A DNA stretch of 64,000 nucleotides from assembly GCA_036918135.1 (NCBI GenBank), contig JBALDB010000056.1, positions 64,001-128,000 on the forward strand. Direction: 5' to 3'. This document shows positions 1 to 11,028 of the stretch, one piece after another (the stretch's first letter is position 1; each line of letters starts with the position of its first letter). Both the position numbers and the translations under genes were made by a program. The stretch comes from Nostoc sp. (GTDB lineage: Bacteria; Cyanobacteriota; Cyanobacteriia; Cyanobacteriales; Nostocaceae). The notes below the pieces were generated by a model. The model was not told where the DNA came from. It saw nothing but the letters and a program-made list of their open reading frames with translations, and did no database searches.

Positions 1-1093
1 GATTAATCAAGCCCATAGTTGTCATGTAAAAGTGATTGCTGATGTTGTTTTCAATCACATGGCTAATTTAGATGGTAATGATGATTTTGAAGATTTAACT
101 AAATTTCCCGGTTTTTCTTTAAGTGACTTTAATTCAGATTCAAAGCGTCCAGGGAAAAAACCCTGTGATATTAATTATAACGATGGTAATAGAGATTCAG
201 AAATTAATTGTTGGTTGGGTGGACTTCCTGACTTGATATTTACTAATAACGTTAAAACAATTCAAAAAGCTCATTTAAAGAAATTGCTAGATTTAGGGAT
301 TGATGGATTTCGATTTGATGCTGCCAAGCATATGCCAACAGATGTTGTTAAAGAGTATGTCAGCTATGTGGATCGAGAAAGTAAAGGAAAAGCATGGAAT
401 TATCTTGAGGTAATCACAGATAGTGACACCAGTGCAGAAAATTATAACTGGATTGCTGCTGTTACAGATTATGTTCTCTACAACTCAATGAAAAATGCCT
501 TCAGTTTCAGTGGAGATTTGCGATCGCTGCGAATTCCCATAGCCATAAACGATCCGCGTAGTGTCACCTTTGGCAGAAACCACGATAATATCCGCGAGAT
601 TAATTCAAGTGCCATCAACCCTTATAGGGATCGTTCTGACTCTTTCCTAGCAACAGCTTACGTCCTAGCAAGAGAAAGTGGCACTCCTCTAATACTGAAC
701 TGGGATAATAGAGATGCTTCTTTTATTAAATATGGTGTCAAATTTCGCCAGATTATGGAGCAACGAGGAAATCAGGGAAAAAATATCAAAGAAAATGTTT
801 TGGCAGCTGTTGATAGTCCGACTGTATTGCTAATGGAGCGAGGCAGTGAAGGATTTTTTGTTGTGAATAAAGGTGAGAATAAATTTAATGTTCCAGTACT
901 GGATTTGACTTTGACGAATTTGTCAGGATGTTATCGGGAACTCCGTAATAACTTTACTGTTGCGATTGAGCGTCGCGAGGGCACTAAAAAATTTATCACT
1001 CGTTGGGGAAGCTGGAATAGAGGTGGTATGGAAGTTCAAAAACGCGATGCGCTTTATTTTATTCGAGAACCTTTTAATCAATGTCAAGTCTAG
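1..1093 (+). CDS. Alpha-amylase family (GH13) glycoside hydrolase, 5'-truncated by the window edge
   Basis: Frame open from position 2; GH13 motifs ADVVFNH, GIDGFRFDAAKH, EV and NHD. Confidence 0.85.
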   Translation, partial: INQAHSCHVKVIADVVFNHMANLDGNDDFEDLTKFPGFSLSDFNSDSKRPGKKPCDINYNDGNRDSEINCWLGGLPDLIFTNNVKTIQKAHLKKLLDLGIDGFRFDAAKHMPTDVVKEYVSYVDRESKGKAWNYLEVITDSDTSAENYNWIAAVTDYVLYNSMKNAFSFSGDLRSLRIPIAINDPRSVTFGRNHDNIREINSSAINPYRDRSDSFLATAYVLARESGTPLILNWDNRDASFIKYGVKFRQIMEQRGNQGKNIKENVLAAVDSPTVLLMERGSEGFFVVNKGENKFNVPVLDLTLTNLSGCYRELRNNFTVAIERREGTKKFITRWGSWNRGGMEVQKRDALYFIREPFNQCQV

Positions 1094-1241
1094 AGGCTTC
1101 CTCTTGCTCGAAAGTCTTGTGTACTCAGGATTATTGATTTTATAACAGGAGGCACGAGGTAAAACATTATTATTCCTGACATCCAGGCTTTCAAAATGTC
1201 CTAACCTTTAATTCGCTTGCTATATTTTCTGGAGAGAGCGA

Positions 1242-3059
1242 TTAAAGAGCGATAGGTAGGAATCCACCTGCCTGCATTTTCCATAATCTGTGGTAAGCAC
1301 CGCCTTGGGCCAAGAGTTTGGCGTGGGTACCATCTTCGATAATCCGACCTTGGTCGAACACTAAAATCCGGTCTAAATGGGCAATGGTAGACAGGCGATG
1401 AGCTACCACAATCACAGTTTTGCCATCCATTGCTAAATCTAAGGTTTCCTGGATCGCTTTTTCGGTAATCGAATCGAGACTGGAGGTGGCTTCATCCAAA
1501 ATTAGGATCGGGGCATCTTTAAGGATTACCCGCGCGATCGCAATCCGTTGTCTCTGCCCTCCAGATAATTTAACACCGCGTTCACCCACTAAAGAATCAT
1601 AACCCTCTTTCATCTTGACGATAAAATCGTGAGCATAAGCCTTGCGTGCGGCTTCAATTACTTCCTCATCGGTTGCATCTATGCGTCCGTAACGAATATT
1701 TTCGATCAATGTACGATGGAACAGAGATGGATCTTGGGGAATTAAGCCGATCTGGGCATGTAGGGCATTTTGAGTCATATCTCGAATATCGATCCCATCA
1801 ATGAGAATTTGTCCTGATTGAGAATCAAAAAGACGCAAAATTAAATTGACAAAAGTAGATTTTCCAGAGCCGGAAAAGCCCACCAAGCCAACACGCTCAC
1901 CTGGTTGGATGGCGATGGAGAGGTTTTCAAAGACTTGTTTGCCTAACGTGTAGCTGAAATTCACTTGCCGAAACTCAATTTTACCTTGGGTAATGGAATG
2001 AGCGATCGCTTTATCGCGATCGATTAACTCATGGGGTTGAACAATTATGGACACACCATTGACGACATTGCCGATATGTTCAAAGAATTCTATAAATCGT
2101 CGGCTCAAATTGCGGGCTTCACTAACAATCAACAATGACAGACTAGTTGCCACAACAAAGTCAGCAGCAGTGAGCGCTCCTTTACTCCAGAGTGAGAGCG
2201 AGTAATACAGGGTGCCAATTTTCAGAATCGCTGCTGAGATGAACTGAAACCAGCGAATTCGTTCTGAGTACCAGTTGGACTTTCTCACCTCATTGATTTC
2301 GCGCTTTAATTGCTCATTCAAATAGCGTCGTTCAAAACCCAGGCGAGCAAACAGTCGGCTACTGCTGAGATTTGTCACCGCATCTACAATCATGCCAGTC
2401 GTCTCACTTCTTGCGGCTGCGGCTTTGCGGGAGTAAATTCGGCAGCGAGTTGCTAGCCAGAACGAAATACTCACGAACAGAACTGCCCACACACCCACGA
2501 ATGCAGCAAGCGGAGGATAGGCACGATACAGTAATATCGCAGCGACAATATACACAACGATCAAGGACATAAATTCAGTAATTAGCATTTGCATCGTCTG
2601 GGTCACACCTAGAGAGGTTTCGCCGATGCGATGCGCCAATGCCCCAGCAAAACTACTACTCAGGTAGCGATGCGAATGGTGTTGCAAGTAGGCATATAGG
2701 GAGCGGACGATGTGCTGTCGGTGAATCGGATGGAGAATGGTCTGCAATAGTCCAGCCGCTCGCCCAAATATCACTTCACCTACACTTAAAGCGGTGAATA
2801 GCATCAGCGGTTGGCTAATAGCATCAAGAATGGGCTTAATGTCACCAGTCGATCGCGTCACGCTCCTGACGATCTGACCAATAGCATAGGGCAACATAAT
2901 ACCACAGGTTGCGTGTATTGTCTCCAGGATCGCCATTGCCAGATACCACCAGCGGAACTGGTTAACGAAATAACAAATGAACCTAAATGGAGTATCAGGT
3001 AAGTTTGGTGCATCGGCAGCACGTTGAAAAGATTTGGAAAGTTTGACCTTTTTTCTCAT
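1242..3059 (-). CDS. ABC exporter, fused TMD + NBD (MsbA/Atm1-like)
   Basis: N-terminal TM helices; Walker A GFSGSGKST, signature LSGGQRQR, Walker B ILILDEATS, AHRLST. Confidence 0.9.
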   Translation of the reverse strand: MRKKVKLSKSFQRAADAPNLPDTPFRFICYFVNQFRWWYLAMAILETIHATCGIMLPYAIGQIVRSVTRSTGDIKPILDAISQPLMLFTALSVGEVIFGRAAGLLQTILHPIHRQHIVRSLYAYLQHHSHRYLSSSFAGALAHRIGETSLGVTQTMQMLITEFMSLIVVYIVAAILLYRAYPPLAAFVGVWAVLFVSISFWLATRCRIYSRKAAAARSETTGMIVDAVTNLSSSRLFARLGFERRYLNEQLKREINEVRKSNWYSERIRWFQFISAAILKIGTLYYSLSLWSKGALTAADFVVATSLSLLIVSEARNLSRRFIEFFEHIGNVVNGVSIIVQPHELIDRDKAIAHSITQGKIEFRQVNFSYTLGKQVFENLSIAIQPGERVGLVGFSGSGKSTFVNLILRLFDSQSGQILIDGIDIRDMTQNALHAQIGLIPQDPSLFHRTLIENIRYGRIDATDEEVIEAARKAYAHDFIVKMKEGYDSLVGERGVKLSGGQRQRIAIARVILKDAPILILDEATSSLDSITEKAIQETLDLAMDGKTVIVVAHRLSTIAHLDRILVFDQGRIIEDGTHAKLLAQGGAYHRLWKMQAGGFLPIAL

Positions 3060-3173
3060 AAAAGTTGTTCTGGTAGTAGCAAGCTGTTCTGTAAAATAAA
3101 AATGGACGGCTGCTTTAGCCGCCCTATGGAGTTAAATTGAGTAGGAGAATAGAAAAATCCTAGTCTCTAGTTT

Positions 3174-4274
3174 CTAAACCATAATTTCAGGTGGTGTGAT
3201 TGCAGCATATAAATCCGGCGGAAGTAATGCATCCTGAATGTTAATTTTCTTTGGTATCACACCTTCTTGAAAGAATAAATCTGCCACGCGTTGTTGTTCT
3301 GCAATCAGTGCTTGGCTCAGGCCTCTGCGCCCTGCGAAAGTGCGACGAGACATCACCCTTGCGGCTACATCCTCATCAAGTTTTTGTTCAGAGATGATTA
3401 ATTTTTTTACCTCATCTCGATTCGCGTCTGCCCACTTATCAAGAGCTTGAAGTTCCTCAATGAGAATTTTGAGTATGCCAGGGTTTTCTTGGGCAAACTT
3501 CCTGTCAGCAATATAATAGCCACCAGGAGAATCTAGTCCAACAGCATCTCTGAGGACGCGAATTCGACCCATCTTTTCGGCGATTGCATAATGCGGATCG
3601 CTTGTCATCCAAACTGGAATTTTACCTTGGAGAAAAGCAGCTCGCGCCTCGATAGTTGGTATACTTTTAATTTTAATATCTCTGATAGTCAAGCCGATTG
3701 ACTGCAAGGCTCTGAGAATAAAATAGTGCGATGCCGAGCCTTTTTGAAAATAAACTTCTTGCCCCTTAATCTCCTCAAATTTTTTCAGCGGTGACTCTGG
3801 AGGTACAGCAATCACACTACTTGTCCCTGTTGTTTTGTTTCTTTGCGTACCGACGACATAAACCAACTGTGACCCAGCTACTTGGGCAAAAATTGGTGGC
3901 GTTTCCCCTACCGATCCTACGTCAACTCTTCCGGCAGCCATTCCTTCCATAAGCTGAGGCCCTTGGACAAATTGCGCCCATTCCACCTTGATTCCCAGCG
4001 GCTCTAAGCGTTTTTCTAAGACTTTCCGATTTCTGACAAGATCCCCCGCAGTTTGATAGCCCATGCGGAGAACTTTACTCTTGATCCCAAGGGAACTTGA
4101 ACTGCTAGTAGTATTATTTAATATATTTTGTTGGCTACAACTTCCTAACAAATATGCTAAAGAAAAACCTGATAGACTTGATGTAGCAACATTGAGAAAA
4201 CGACGGCGTTTAATCATAGCTAATTTATCCATGAGATATTTCTGATTTAAAGGAATTCTGTAATCATTAGTCAT
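3174..4274 (-). CDS. Aliphatic sulfonate ABC substrate-binding lipoprotein (SsuA/TauA-like); true start probably a downstream Met
   Basis: RRRFL Tat-like signal and LGSC lipobox; VEWAQFxxGP, VGETPPIFAQ and QKGSASHY motifs. Confidence 0.8.
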   Translation of the reverse strand: MTNDYRIPLNQKYLMDKLAMIKRRRFLNVATSSLSGFSLAYLLGSCSQQNILNNTTSSSSSLGIKSKVLRMGYQTAGDLVRNRKVLEKRLEPLGIKVEWAQFVQGPQLMEGMAAGRVDVGSVGETPPIFAQVAGSQLVYVVGTQRNKTTGTSSVIAVPPESPLKKFEEIKGQEVYFQKGSASHYFILRALQSIGLTIRDIKIKSIPTIEARAAFLQGKIPVWMTSDPHYAIAEKMGRIRVLRDAVGLDSPGGYYIADRKFAQENPGILKILIEELQALDKWADANRDEVKKLIISEQKLDEDVAARVMSRRTFAGRRGLSQALIAEQQRVADLFFQEGVIPKKINIQDALLPPDLYAAITPPEIMV

Positions 4275-4418
4275 TAGTTATTAGTCATTTGTCACTTGTA
4301 CTGAGCGACTTGTGCCGAGCAAAGCCGAGTAAGCCGTTGGCGCAGCCTCTCGTAGAGAAGTATTGGTCATTTCTCCCCCTACCTCCCCTTGTTCCCCACT
4401 CCCCACACTCCCCAATCT

Positions 4419-5417
4419 CTAACGCAGAGAATCTCCGCTGCGATATTCGGCGGTGAGGTCGTCGAGTTTTTGTTTCAAATTGTCGTCGAGTTTTACTTCC
4501 ACAGCCTTAAGGCTGTCAGCAAGTTGTTCTGGGCGGCTAGCACCAACTATCGGGGCAGTGATAATCGGATTAGCCAGAACCCAAGCTAGAGCTAGAGTCG
4601 TAAGCGACAATCCAGCCAAGTCCGCGACTGTACGTAATTCCTCAACAGTATTAAACTCGCGATCGCGCCAATAGCGTTCTTGATAACGTTCTGCAACAGC
4701 ACCCAGAGTAAAACGCGTGCCTGCGGTAGGGCCTTGAGCGAGATTGTGTTTACCGGTGAGCAGACCACCCGCCAAGGGATTATAGGAAATTACACCCAGT
4801 CCTTCTTCTTTTGCCAAAGGCAGTAGTTCTCGCTCAATTTCGCGGAACAGCAGGTTATAGCGAGGCTGAATCGAGACAAAGCGAGTCAGATTACGCACAT
4901 CAGCGCGACCCAAGGCACGGCTGAGTCGATAAGCTAAGAAGTTAGAAACCCCGATATAGCGTGCTTTACCAGCACGAACTACTGTATCCAATGCTTCTAG
5001 AGTTTCATCAAGGGGGGTTGAGGCATCGTCGGAGTGCAATTGATACAAGTCTACATAATCTGTTTGCAGCCGTCTTAGAGAAGCATCGATCGCATCTAGA
5101 ATATGTTTGCGTGAAGCACCCCGATCCCAAGGCGCAGGGCCAACTTGGCCTACGCACTTTGTAGCCACAATAAAATGTTCGCGTTTGCCTTTGAGCCAGC
5201 GCCCAACTATTTCTTCAGTACGCCCAGCAGTGGCTAGTCCACCCCCAAGTGGATAAACATCCGCTGTATCCAAAAAGTTGATTCCAGCATCAGCGGCGAT
5301 GTCAAGAATCTGCTTGGAAGTTTCTTCATCAATCTGGAATCCGAAGGTCATGGTGCCCAGACAAAGGCGAGAAATGGTCAATCCGGTTTTACCGAGTTTA
5401 GTGCTTGGTAGGGTCAT
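4419..5417 (-). CDS. Aldo/keto reductase
   Basis: LGKTGLxISRLCLGTMTFG, DTADVY, SLRRLQTDYVDLYQLH, IGVSN, YNPLAGGLLTGK. Confidence 0.92.
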   Translation of the reverse strand: MTLPSTKLGKTGLTISRLCLGTMTFGFQIDEETSKQILDIAADAGINFLDTADVYPLGGGLATAGRTEEIVGRWLKGKREHFIVATKCVGQVGPAPWDRGASRKHILDAIDASLRRLQTDYVDLYQLHSDDASTPLDETLEALDTVVRAGKARYIGVSNFLAYRLSRALGRADVRNLTRFVSIQPRYNLLFREIERELLPLAKEEGLGVISYNPLAGGLLTGKHNLAQGPTAGTRFTLGAVAERYQERYWRDREFNTVEELRTVADLAGLSLTTLALAWVLANPIITAPIVGASRPEQLADSLKAVEVKLDDNLKQKLDDLTAEYRSGDSLR

Positions 5418-5480
5418 GGTGTTGGTTGTTGAGTTAAAGGGATTGGGGAATTCAATTTTAGATTTTGAATTTTAATCCAA

Positions 5481-5660
5481 AATCAAGTTCGGTTAATTAC
5501 GAAAAAAGGAGTAGGTCTTTTTGGTAATTGGGAAAAAGGTAATTGGTAATTGCCAAGAGGTGAACAGTTATGTTTTTCTCCCCCATTACCCATTAGCGAT
5601 TACCCATTACCCATTACCAACCCTCACAGATATCATAAGTATTCAACCGGAGATGATATA
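5481..5660. mobile_element. Possible MITE-like insertion with imperfect terminal inverted repeats and internal heptamer repeats
   Basis: Left ATCAAGTTCGGTTAATTAC vs right GTATTCAACCGGAGATGAT; internal GGTAATT/ATTACCC repeats; both flanks carry AATCCAAAAT repeats. Confidence 0.35.
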
Positions 5661-5707
5661 AAATCCAAAATCTAAAATTCCTAACTCCCCGTATCCAGCA
5701 AAGTCAT

Positions 5708-7246
5708 TTACACTACTGCTAAGTTCCGATCCACTTGTTGAGATTCGATGTTAGCTACCTTGGATTCAACCGCTGTTCCCTTGAAGAAGTCTCTTTTGGC
5801 TTGGGTGTAGAACTTGTAAGGATTAGTGAATACATAAGACTTGAAGTCTGCTTCGGAAATCACGCCTTCTGCTACGAGATCCCAGCTTTCAGCCAAGGGA
5901 GAGGTAAGATCGGGCACATCCCAGTGACCAACATCAGAGGAATAGATGGCATTGATTTTCACACCCAACGGATTGGCTTTATCATTGAATGCTGCGGCGA
6001 TGGTGCGGTCGTCTGACTCGGAGCCAAAGAAGAAACTATTCACCCAGCGATCGCGGATGTCTTCAATTGTTTCAATTCCTGCTGCGGCAAAATCGTTGAG
6101 TTCGCTGGCAACTGGTTGGCGGCTATAACGGTTAAATGAAGAACCTAATACACTCTTAGTCAATTCTTCTTTGCTCAGGGAATACCCTTGAGTAATTTCG
6201 CCACCGAAACGCTCGAACAACTCGAACAACTCATCAGAATTTGTTAGTTCTGGGTTGTAGTTTTCCAGTCCCTTGAGATTGCGCTTGGAAAAGCGATCTA
6301 CCAAATGAATATAAACGTGGGCACCCCAGTCTGCGCCCCCTTCTAACATACCTACGCGCAACTGTGGAAAACGCTTGGTCACACCACCAAAGAACAACGC
6401 TTTGGCAAATGCTTGGGAACCATCAGCGAAGTGACCGATGTGGTTATTCATGTAGTTACTGATGGACGAGCGTCCAGTCCAACCCTGACTGCCGTAGTGG
6501 GTAGTAACAGGTACACCTAGTTCGACGACCTTAGCCCAGAATGGATCGTAGTCATATTCACTATCCAAACCGTAAAAGTCGATATAAGAGGCATACTTAG
6601 CGATTTCCGGGAATTGCTCGGCTGGATATTTCTCGGCGAGCGCCTTAATCGGTCGTTTTACACCACCAGGAATATTAACTACTTTTAAACCCAGTGTTTT
6701 CACTGTAAATTCAAGCTCCTCAATGGCTTCTTGAGGATTACTCATGGGGATACCAGCCACCGGTGTCAGGCGATCGCTATATTTTCGGTAGATATCAGCA
6801 TGGTAGTGATTCACCGCTCGTTGCAGTGCTTGACGGTTCTCTGGACTTGCCCCAGCCGGTGCTAAGACATTGTTGGGAAACAGCACCGAATAGTCTGACC
6901 CCTGCTCTGCTTGACGCTCATAGAGCAATGCCGGGAGCGTGTAAGTAGCAAGATCCAGCGTATTGCGAGTGACTCTTGCCCACCAAGGCGATCGAATTGT
7001 GCGGTTGTGTTGACGTTCTTGGGGAGTTTGTTGATACCAATCTTTACCATTGCTCTTAGAGTTAAGACGCGAAGCTTCCGCCTTGCGTAATTCATCTACG
7101 AGTTTTGCACCACCATAATTAGCAATGTAATCCTCAAAAGCTGGGGTGAAATCATTAGTATGAACGTCAGTATCGATTACCGGATAATCAAGAGTTGCTC
7201 TGATTCCAGCAGAGCGAGAAGTTTTTAATCGGCTATATTCAGTCAT
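5708..7246 (-). CDS. Amidohydrolase family protein (amidohydrolase_2-like)
   Basis: IDTDVH metal motif, DPFWAKVVELGVPV, KRFPQLRVGMLEGG, SSDVGHWD; ATG start MTEYSR preferred. Confidence 0.8.
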   Translation of the reverse strand: MTEYSRLKTSRSAGIRATLDYPVIDTDVHTNDFTPAFEDYIANYGGAKLVDELRKAEASRLNSKSNGKDWYQQTPQERQHNRTIRSPWWARVTRNTLDLATYTLPALLYERQAEQGSDYSVLFPNNVLAPAGASPENRQALQRAVNHYHADIYRKYSDRLTPVAGIPMSNPQEAIEELEFTVKTLGLKVVNIPGGVKRPIKALAEKYPAEQFPEIAKYASYIDFYGLDSEYDYDPFWAKVVELGVPVTTHYGSQGWTGRSSISNYMNNHIGHFADGSQAFAKALFFGGVTKRFPQLRVGMLEGGADWGAHVYIHLVDRFSKRNLKGLENYNPELTNSDELFELFERFGGEITQGYSLSKEELTKSVLGSSFNRYSRQPVASELNDFAAAGIETIEDIRDRWVNSFFFGSESDDRTIAAAFNDKANPLGVKINAIYSSDVGHWDVPDLTSPLAESWDLVAEGVISEADFKSYVFTNPYKFYTQAKRDFFKGTAVESKVANIESQQVDRNLAVV

Positions 7247-7417
7247 GCTTTTTCCTTCCAAAAATTACAAATTTTAATCCAATGTCTTTGGAAATTGAGA
7301 GCGCTCAGTTAAGAGTTTTTCTCCCTCTACTCCCTACCCCCTGCCTCTTCTCTAGGGTGGAGATCTACAGAAATTACGTTTTAAAAGGTATGGCTTAAGC
7401 ATCTATAAAAAATTCCT

Positions 7418-8782
7418 TCACGCCAACACCAATCTTTCATTCACTTGTTTACTGGCAAAACGATTGCTCGGCCGACCCAATCCCAAATTTTCACGCAAGG
7501 TACTGCCTTCGTATTCGGTACGAAATAGTCCGCGTTTTTGGAGGACAGGAATCACTAGGTTAACGAAATCATCTAACCCTGTAGGTAAGATTGGCGGCAT
7601 GATATTAAACCCGTCTGCTGCATTGTTGTTGAACCATTCTTCTAACTGGTCAGCAATAGTTTCAGGAGTACCAAGGATGGTGCGATGACCTCTGGCAGTA
7701 GCAAGAGAAAGATATAACTGGCGCAGCGTCAGAGTGCCACGAGTAGCTAAATCCTTGACTAGTTTGAGACGACTCTTGTTGGTATTGGTGTCGCTAGGTA
7801 GTTCGGGAGTTATATCATCTAGAGAATATTTGGATAAATCGACACCTTTGTAATAATTTTCCAAAATACCCCAGGCTACATCGGGGTGAATCAACGATTG
7901 TAATAATTCGTACTTTTCTTGAGCTTCTGATTCAGTACGGCCAATGATAGGGAAAGCACCAGGCATAATTTTTAGTTCGTCTGGCGAACGCCCATATTTA
8001 GCCAGCCGACCTTTAAGATCGGTATAAAATTCCTGGGCATCGGCTAGGGTTTGATTAGCGGTGAAGATAACTTCGGCAGTACGCGCAGCCAAGTCCCGTC
8101 CAGCTTCAGAGGCTCCAGCCTGCACAATCACCGGATAGCCTTGGGGTGGACGACCAACGTTCAAGGGGCCTTTTACAGAAAAATGTTTGCCCTTATGATT
8201 AAGTATGTGCAGTTTGTTCAAATCGAAATAGATACCAGATTCTTTGTCACGGATGAAGGCGTCGTCTTCCCAGCTATCCCATAGTCCTTTTACCACTTCT
8301 ACAAACTCTTCGGCACGTTCATAACGCTGGCTGTGTTCGGGGTGTTGGTCGTGACCGAAATTGCGAGCAGCATTCTCATTGCCTGTGGTGACTACATTCC
8401 AGCCTGCCCGACCTTTACTTAAATAGTCTAAAGAGGCAAACTTACGTGCCAAGGTGTAGGGTTCTTCATAGGTGGTCGAGGCAGTAGCAATGAAGCCGAT
8501 GTTTTGGGTGATAGAGGACAAAGCCGAAAACAGGGTGACCGGCTCGAAATGAACAAGTTTACCATTGCGTTTTTGAGTTTCCGGTGCACCACCCCAGATT
8601 CCTGGGCTGTCTGCTAGAAAAACTGCATCGAACAAGCCACGTTCGGCGGTCTGGGTAATTTCTTTGTAATGCTCAAAATTCAAGCCAGCATCCGCTTGTG
8701 AATCGGGATGCCGCCAAGCAGAAACATGATGTCCGGTGGCTTGAATAAATGCACCTAACCGAAACTTACGTGTTTTGTTCAT
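7418..8782 (-). CDS. LLM-class FMNH2-dependent monooxygenase, NtaA/SnaA/DszA family
   Basis: GHHVSAWRHP, AERGLFDAVFLAD, GRAGWNVVT, PQGYPVIVQAGAS, ADGFNIMPP, YEGSTLRENLGL. Confidence 0.9.
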   Translation of the reverse strand: MNKTRKFRLGAFIQATGHHVSAWRHPDSQADAGLNFEHYKEITQTAERGLFDAVFLADSPGIWGGAPETQKRNGKLVHFEPVTLFSALSSITQNIGFIATASTTYEEPYTLARKFASLDYLSKGRAGWNVVTTGNENAARNFGHDQHPEHSQRYERAEEFVEVVKGLWDSWEDDAFIRDKESGIYFDLNKLHILNHKGKHFSVKGPLNVGRPPQGYPVIVQAGASEAGRDLAARTAEVIFTANQTLADAQEFYTDLKGRLAKYGRSPDELKIMPGAFPIIGRTESEAQEKYELLQSLIHPDVAWGILENYYKGVDLSKYSLDDITPELPSDTNTNKSRLKLVKDLATRGTLTLRQLYLSLATARGHRTILGTPETIADQLEEWFNNNAADGFNIMPPILPTGLDDFVNLVIPVLQKRGLFRTEYEGSTLRENLGLGRPSNRFASKQVNERLVLA

Positions 8783-9343
8783 ATATTTTGTTGTTTTGTT
8801 ATATTGCGTTAGTGCTAGCTCTACCGGAGGTATCGCTATATGTATACCCAATGACTTTTCATGTCTGCGTCAGGTATGCCTAAAGCAGATATAAAAAGAC
8901 AATGAATGTAATAATGGAATGCTTTGGCAACAACTAAACTTACTTGCAGAAGCTTACTGATTGCTTTACAAAAAATTAGATGACGGAATTGTAGCTCAGG
9001 TTGATACTACAGCAGAACTAAAGATGCTACTACTTGGGGAGCTAAACACCATAAATTTCTATAGGAATTTGACTCAGCAGATACACTTTACACAATAAAC
9101 ACAAAAAAAGATGTGTTGGCAATCACAATTGTATGATAAACGAATTATTAGTTATTCAAACATTAAGTATTGCAAATTTGGTGCTAGGCATTGGGAGTGT
9201 TGGCTGATGACTGTTGAGAAGGCACAAGGCAGTCCCGATGAAATAAGTTTCACCACCAAGCATGAAAAATGTATTTTCCCCTACACCCTTACACCCCTCT
9301 TTCAAGTCAGAGGGTAGGAGGCAGAATTCCATAAAAGCTTCTG

Positions 9344-10238
9344 GTTGAGTCGATGGGGAGTATTATCTCCCACACCTCTCAGTTAGAACCGGACATGCCG
9401 CGTTTCCGTGCATCCGGCTCCCGATGCTCTGGTTTGCTCATGTGCAGGTAATCATGACAGCTTTCATGGATTGCTATTAGATTATTCTTTTTCCAGTTGG
9501 AGTGGTTCCCGTTTTTGTGATGTAGGTTAACTTTCTCATCAGATAGGAGTTTAAGTCCACAGGCTGCACAAGTATGGTTTTGCCGTTTTAAGGCAGAAGA
9601 GGTTTCACCGTCGTAGAGTTTGCTGTTACGTTGGCTCCAGTAGGCGATGTCTCCATCAAAAGGTGATTTTGTGCCTTTGACGTTGACGTGTTTGTTTTCG
9701 GAGTAGGAAACCTTGGGGAACGCCTTGTCCAGCAAGACCTTGCTGGTTTCGCGGTTGAGTTTGGTTTCCTTGTTGAACACCTTGAATGCTCTGCGTTGGA
9801 TGTGATACAACGAAAATCGTGAACCGTTCATCTTGCAGTAGCGGTGGTAGTTCCTCCATCCTCTAACTACAGGGGCTAATTTGAAAGCCTTTGTTGTAGC
9901 ACCAATATTCGAGTTGTTGACAATGCGCTTTACTTTCTGACGGAATATCTTAAAGTTGTCCGCTGAAGGGATACATCTAAATTTTCCGTTGTTCTGCACG
10001 CTTATGTGCCAACCAAGGAAATCAAAGCCCAAAGTCGTAGCGGTTAGCTTGGTCTTTTTCTGGCTGATATTCATCCCCCTATCTGCTAGAAATTGGCTGA
10101 TTTTGGCTAGTATGATGTTGGAGGTGGGCAGGACTTTCACCTGCATCTATCTAAGAGTTCAACCATCTCTATTTCTAGATTTGGTTGGTGGGGTTATTTA
10201 CGGACTGATTACCGTGATTCACCCACATCGAATCGCAC
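9344..10238 (-). mobile_element. Group II intron, internally deleted, both termini retained
   Basis: Minus strand starts GTGCGATTCG (10238) with a GCAGGTGAAAGTCCTGC hairpin; domain V GAGCCGGATGCACGGAAACGCGGCATGTCCGGTTC at 9386-9420; domain VI ends ...CTCAAC at 9344. Confidence 0.85.
9379..10120 (-). pseudogene. Truncated group II intron protein: end of RT, maturase/X domain and HNH endonuclease; YADD catalytic motif lost
   Basis: KTK...GFDFLGW, VRGWRNYHRY, CAACG...LHHKNGNH...NL..IHESCHDYLH; N-terminal RT absent. Confidence 0.85.
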
Positions 10239-10433
10239 GCCCTCTGCCTTTGTTCGATAACTGTTGACTGTTTGATGAGGAGTTAAGAGTTATTCTCACC
10301 CTATCCCCTGCCCCTTGCTCCCCTCTCCCCTGCCTCGGCCTCATTCCCTAGTTTGCACTAATAGAATAATTTCCCCATCACCGTCACTATCCCGGTTATA
10401 CTCTCTACAGTTAACCCCTACCATTAACTTTTT

Positions 10434-10976
10434 ATGCGTGAAAATTGGATGCTTCCGAGGATTTTTCCCATTGGTGGAATTCTGTTTGACTTTTTATTTG
10501 TACTGATTGCCATTCCCATTGAAGCATATGTTTTGCACAAACGGCTAAAATTTGACAAAAAAACTAGTATTTTTTATGCTATTTCTATTAATTTATTTTC
10601 TAGTGTAATTGGTTGGATTGTATTTTTTGTCTCAGAACCAATGCTGCCAATACAGTTAAAATCTGAATTAATTAATTATCTATTCTTTAATACTTTTAAA
10701 TCATCTAGTACGCAAACTCTATTAATTTTAACTGCTTTTATAATTTTCTTTGCTAATTTTATTGTTAAATTTTTTCTGTTGAAAGTTTTACTTTTATCTT
10801 TAGTCAAGGAACCATTTGCTAACAAAGAAGAGGATACTCAAGTATCTGTGAGGCAGAAATGGCGCGGTTTTAAAAATATAAAATTTCAAAATACAAACTT
10901 AGTTACTACTATATTGATAGCAAATTCTCTGAGCTATAGTGCAATAACTATTATTTTATTGTTTCGTTCCCAGTAG
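10434..10976 (+). CDS. fraC: Filament integrity / septal junction protein FraC
   Basis: Small 3-4 TM protein (AIPIEAYVL...INLFS) heading the fraC-fraD-fraE order. Confidence 0.8.
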   Translation: MRENWMLPRIFPIGGILFDFLFVLIAIPIEAYVLHKRLKFDKKTSIFYAISINLFSSVIGWIVFFVSEPMLPIQLKSELINYLFFNTFKSSSTQTLLILTAFIIFFANFIVKFFLLKVLLLSLVKEPFANKEEDTQVSVRQKWRGFKNIKFQNTNLVTTILIANSLSYSAITIILLFRSQ

Positions 10977-11028
10977 AAAATTTAATTTTTGCAGCCAGAC
11001 TATTGATTAATCAAGTGTAGGTAAAAAG

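Noticed and set aside
8860..9110. SAM riboswitch upstream of the sulfur-related cluster
   Set aside because: No SAM-I consensus (ATCxAGAG...GAGGGA...GCAACC...GTGC) found by eye.
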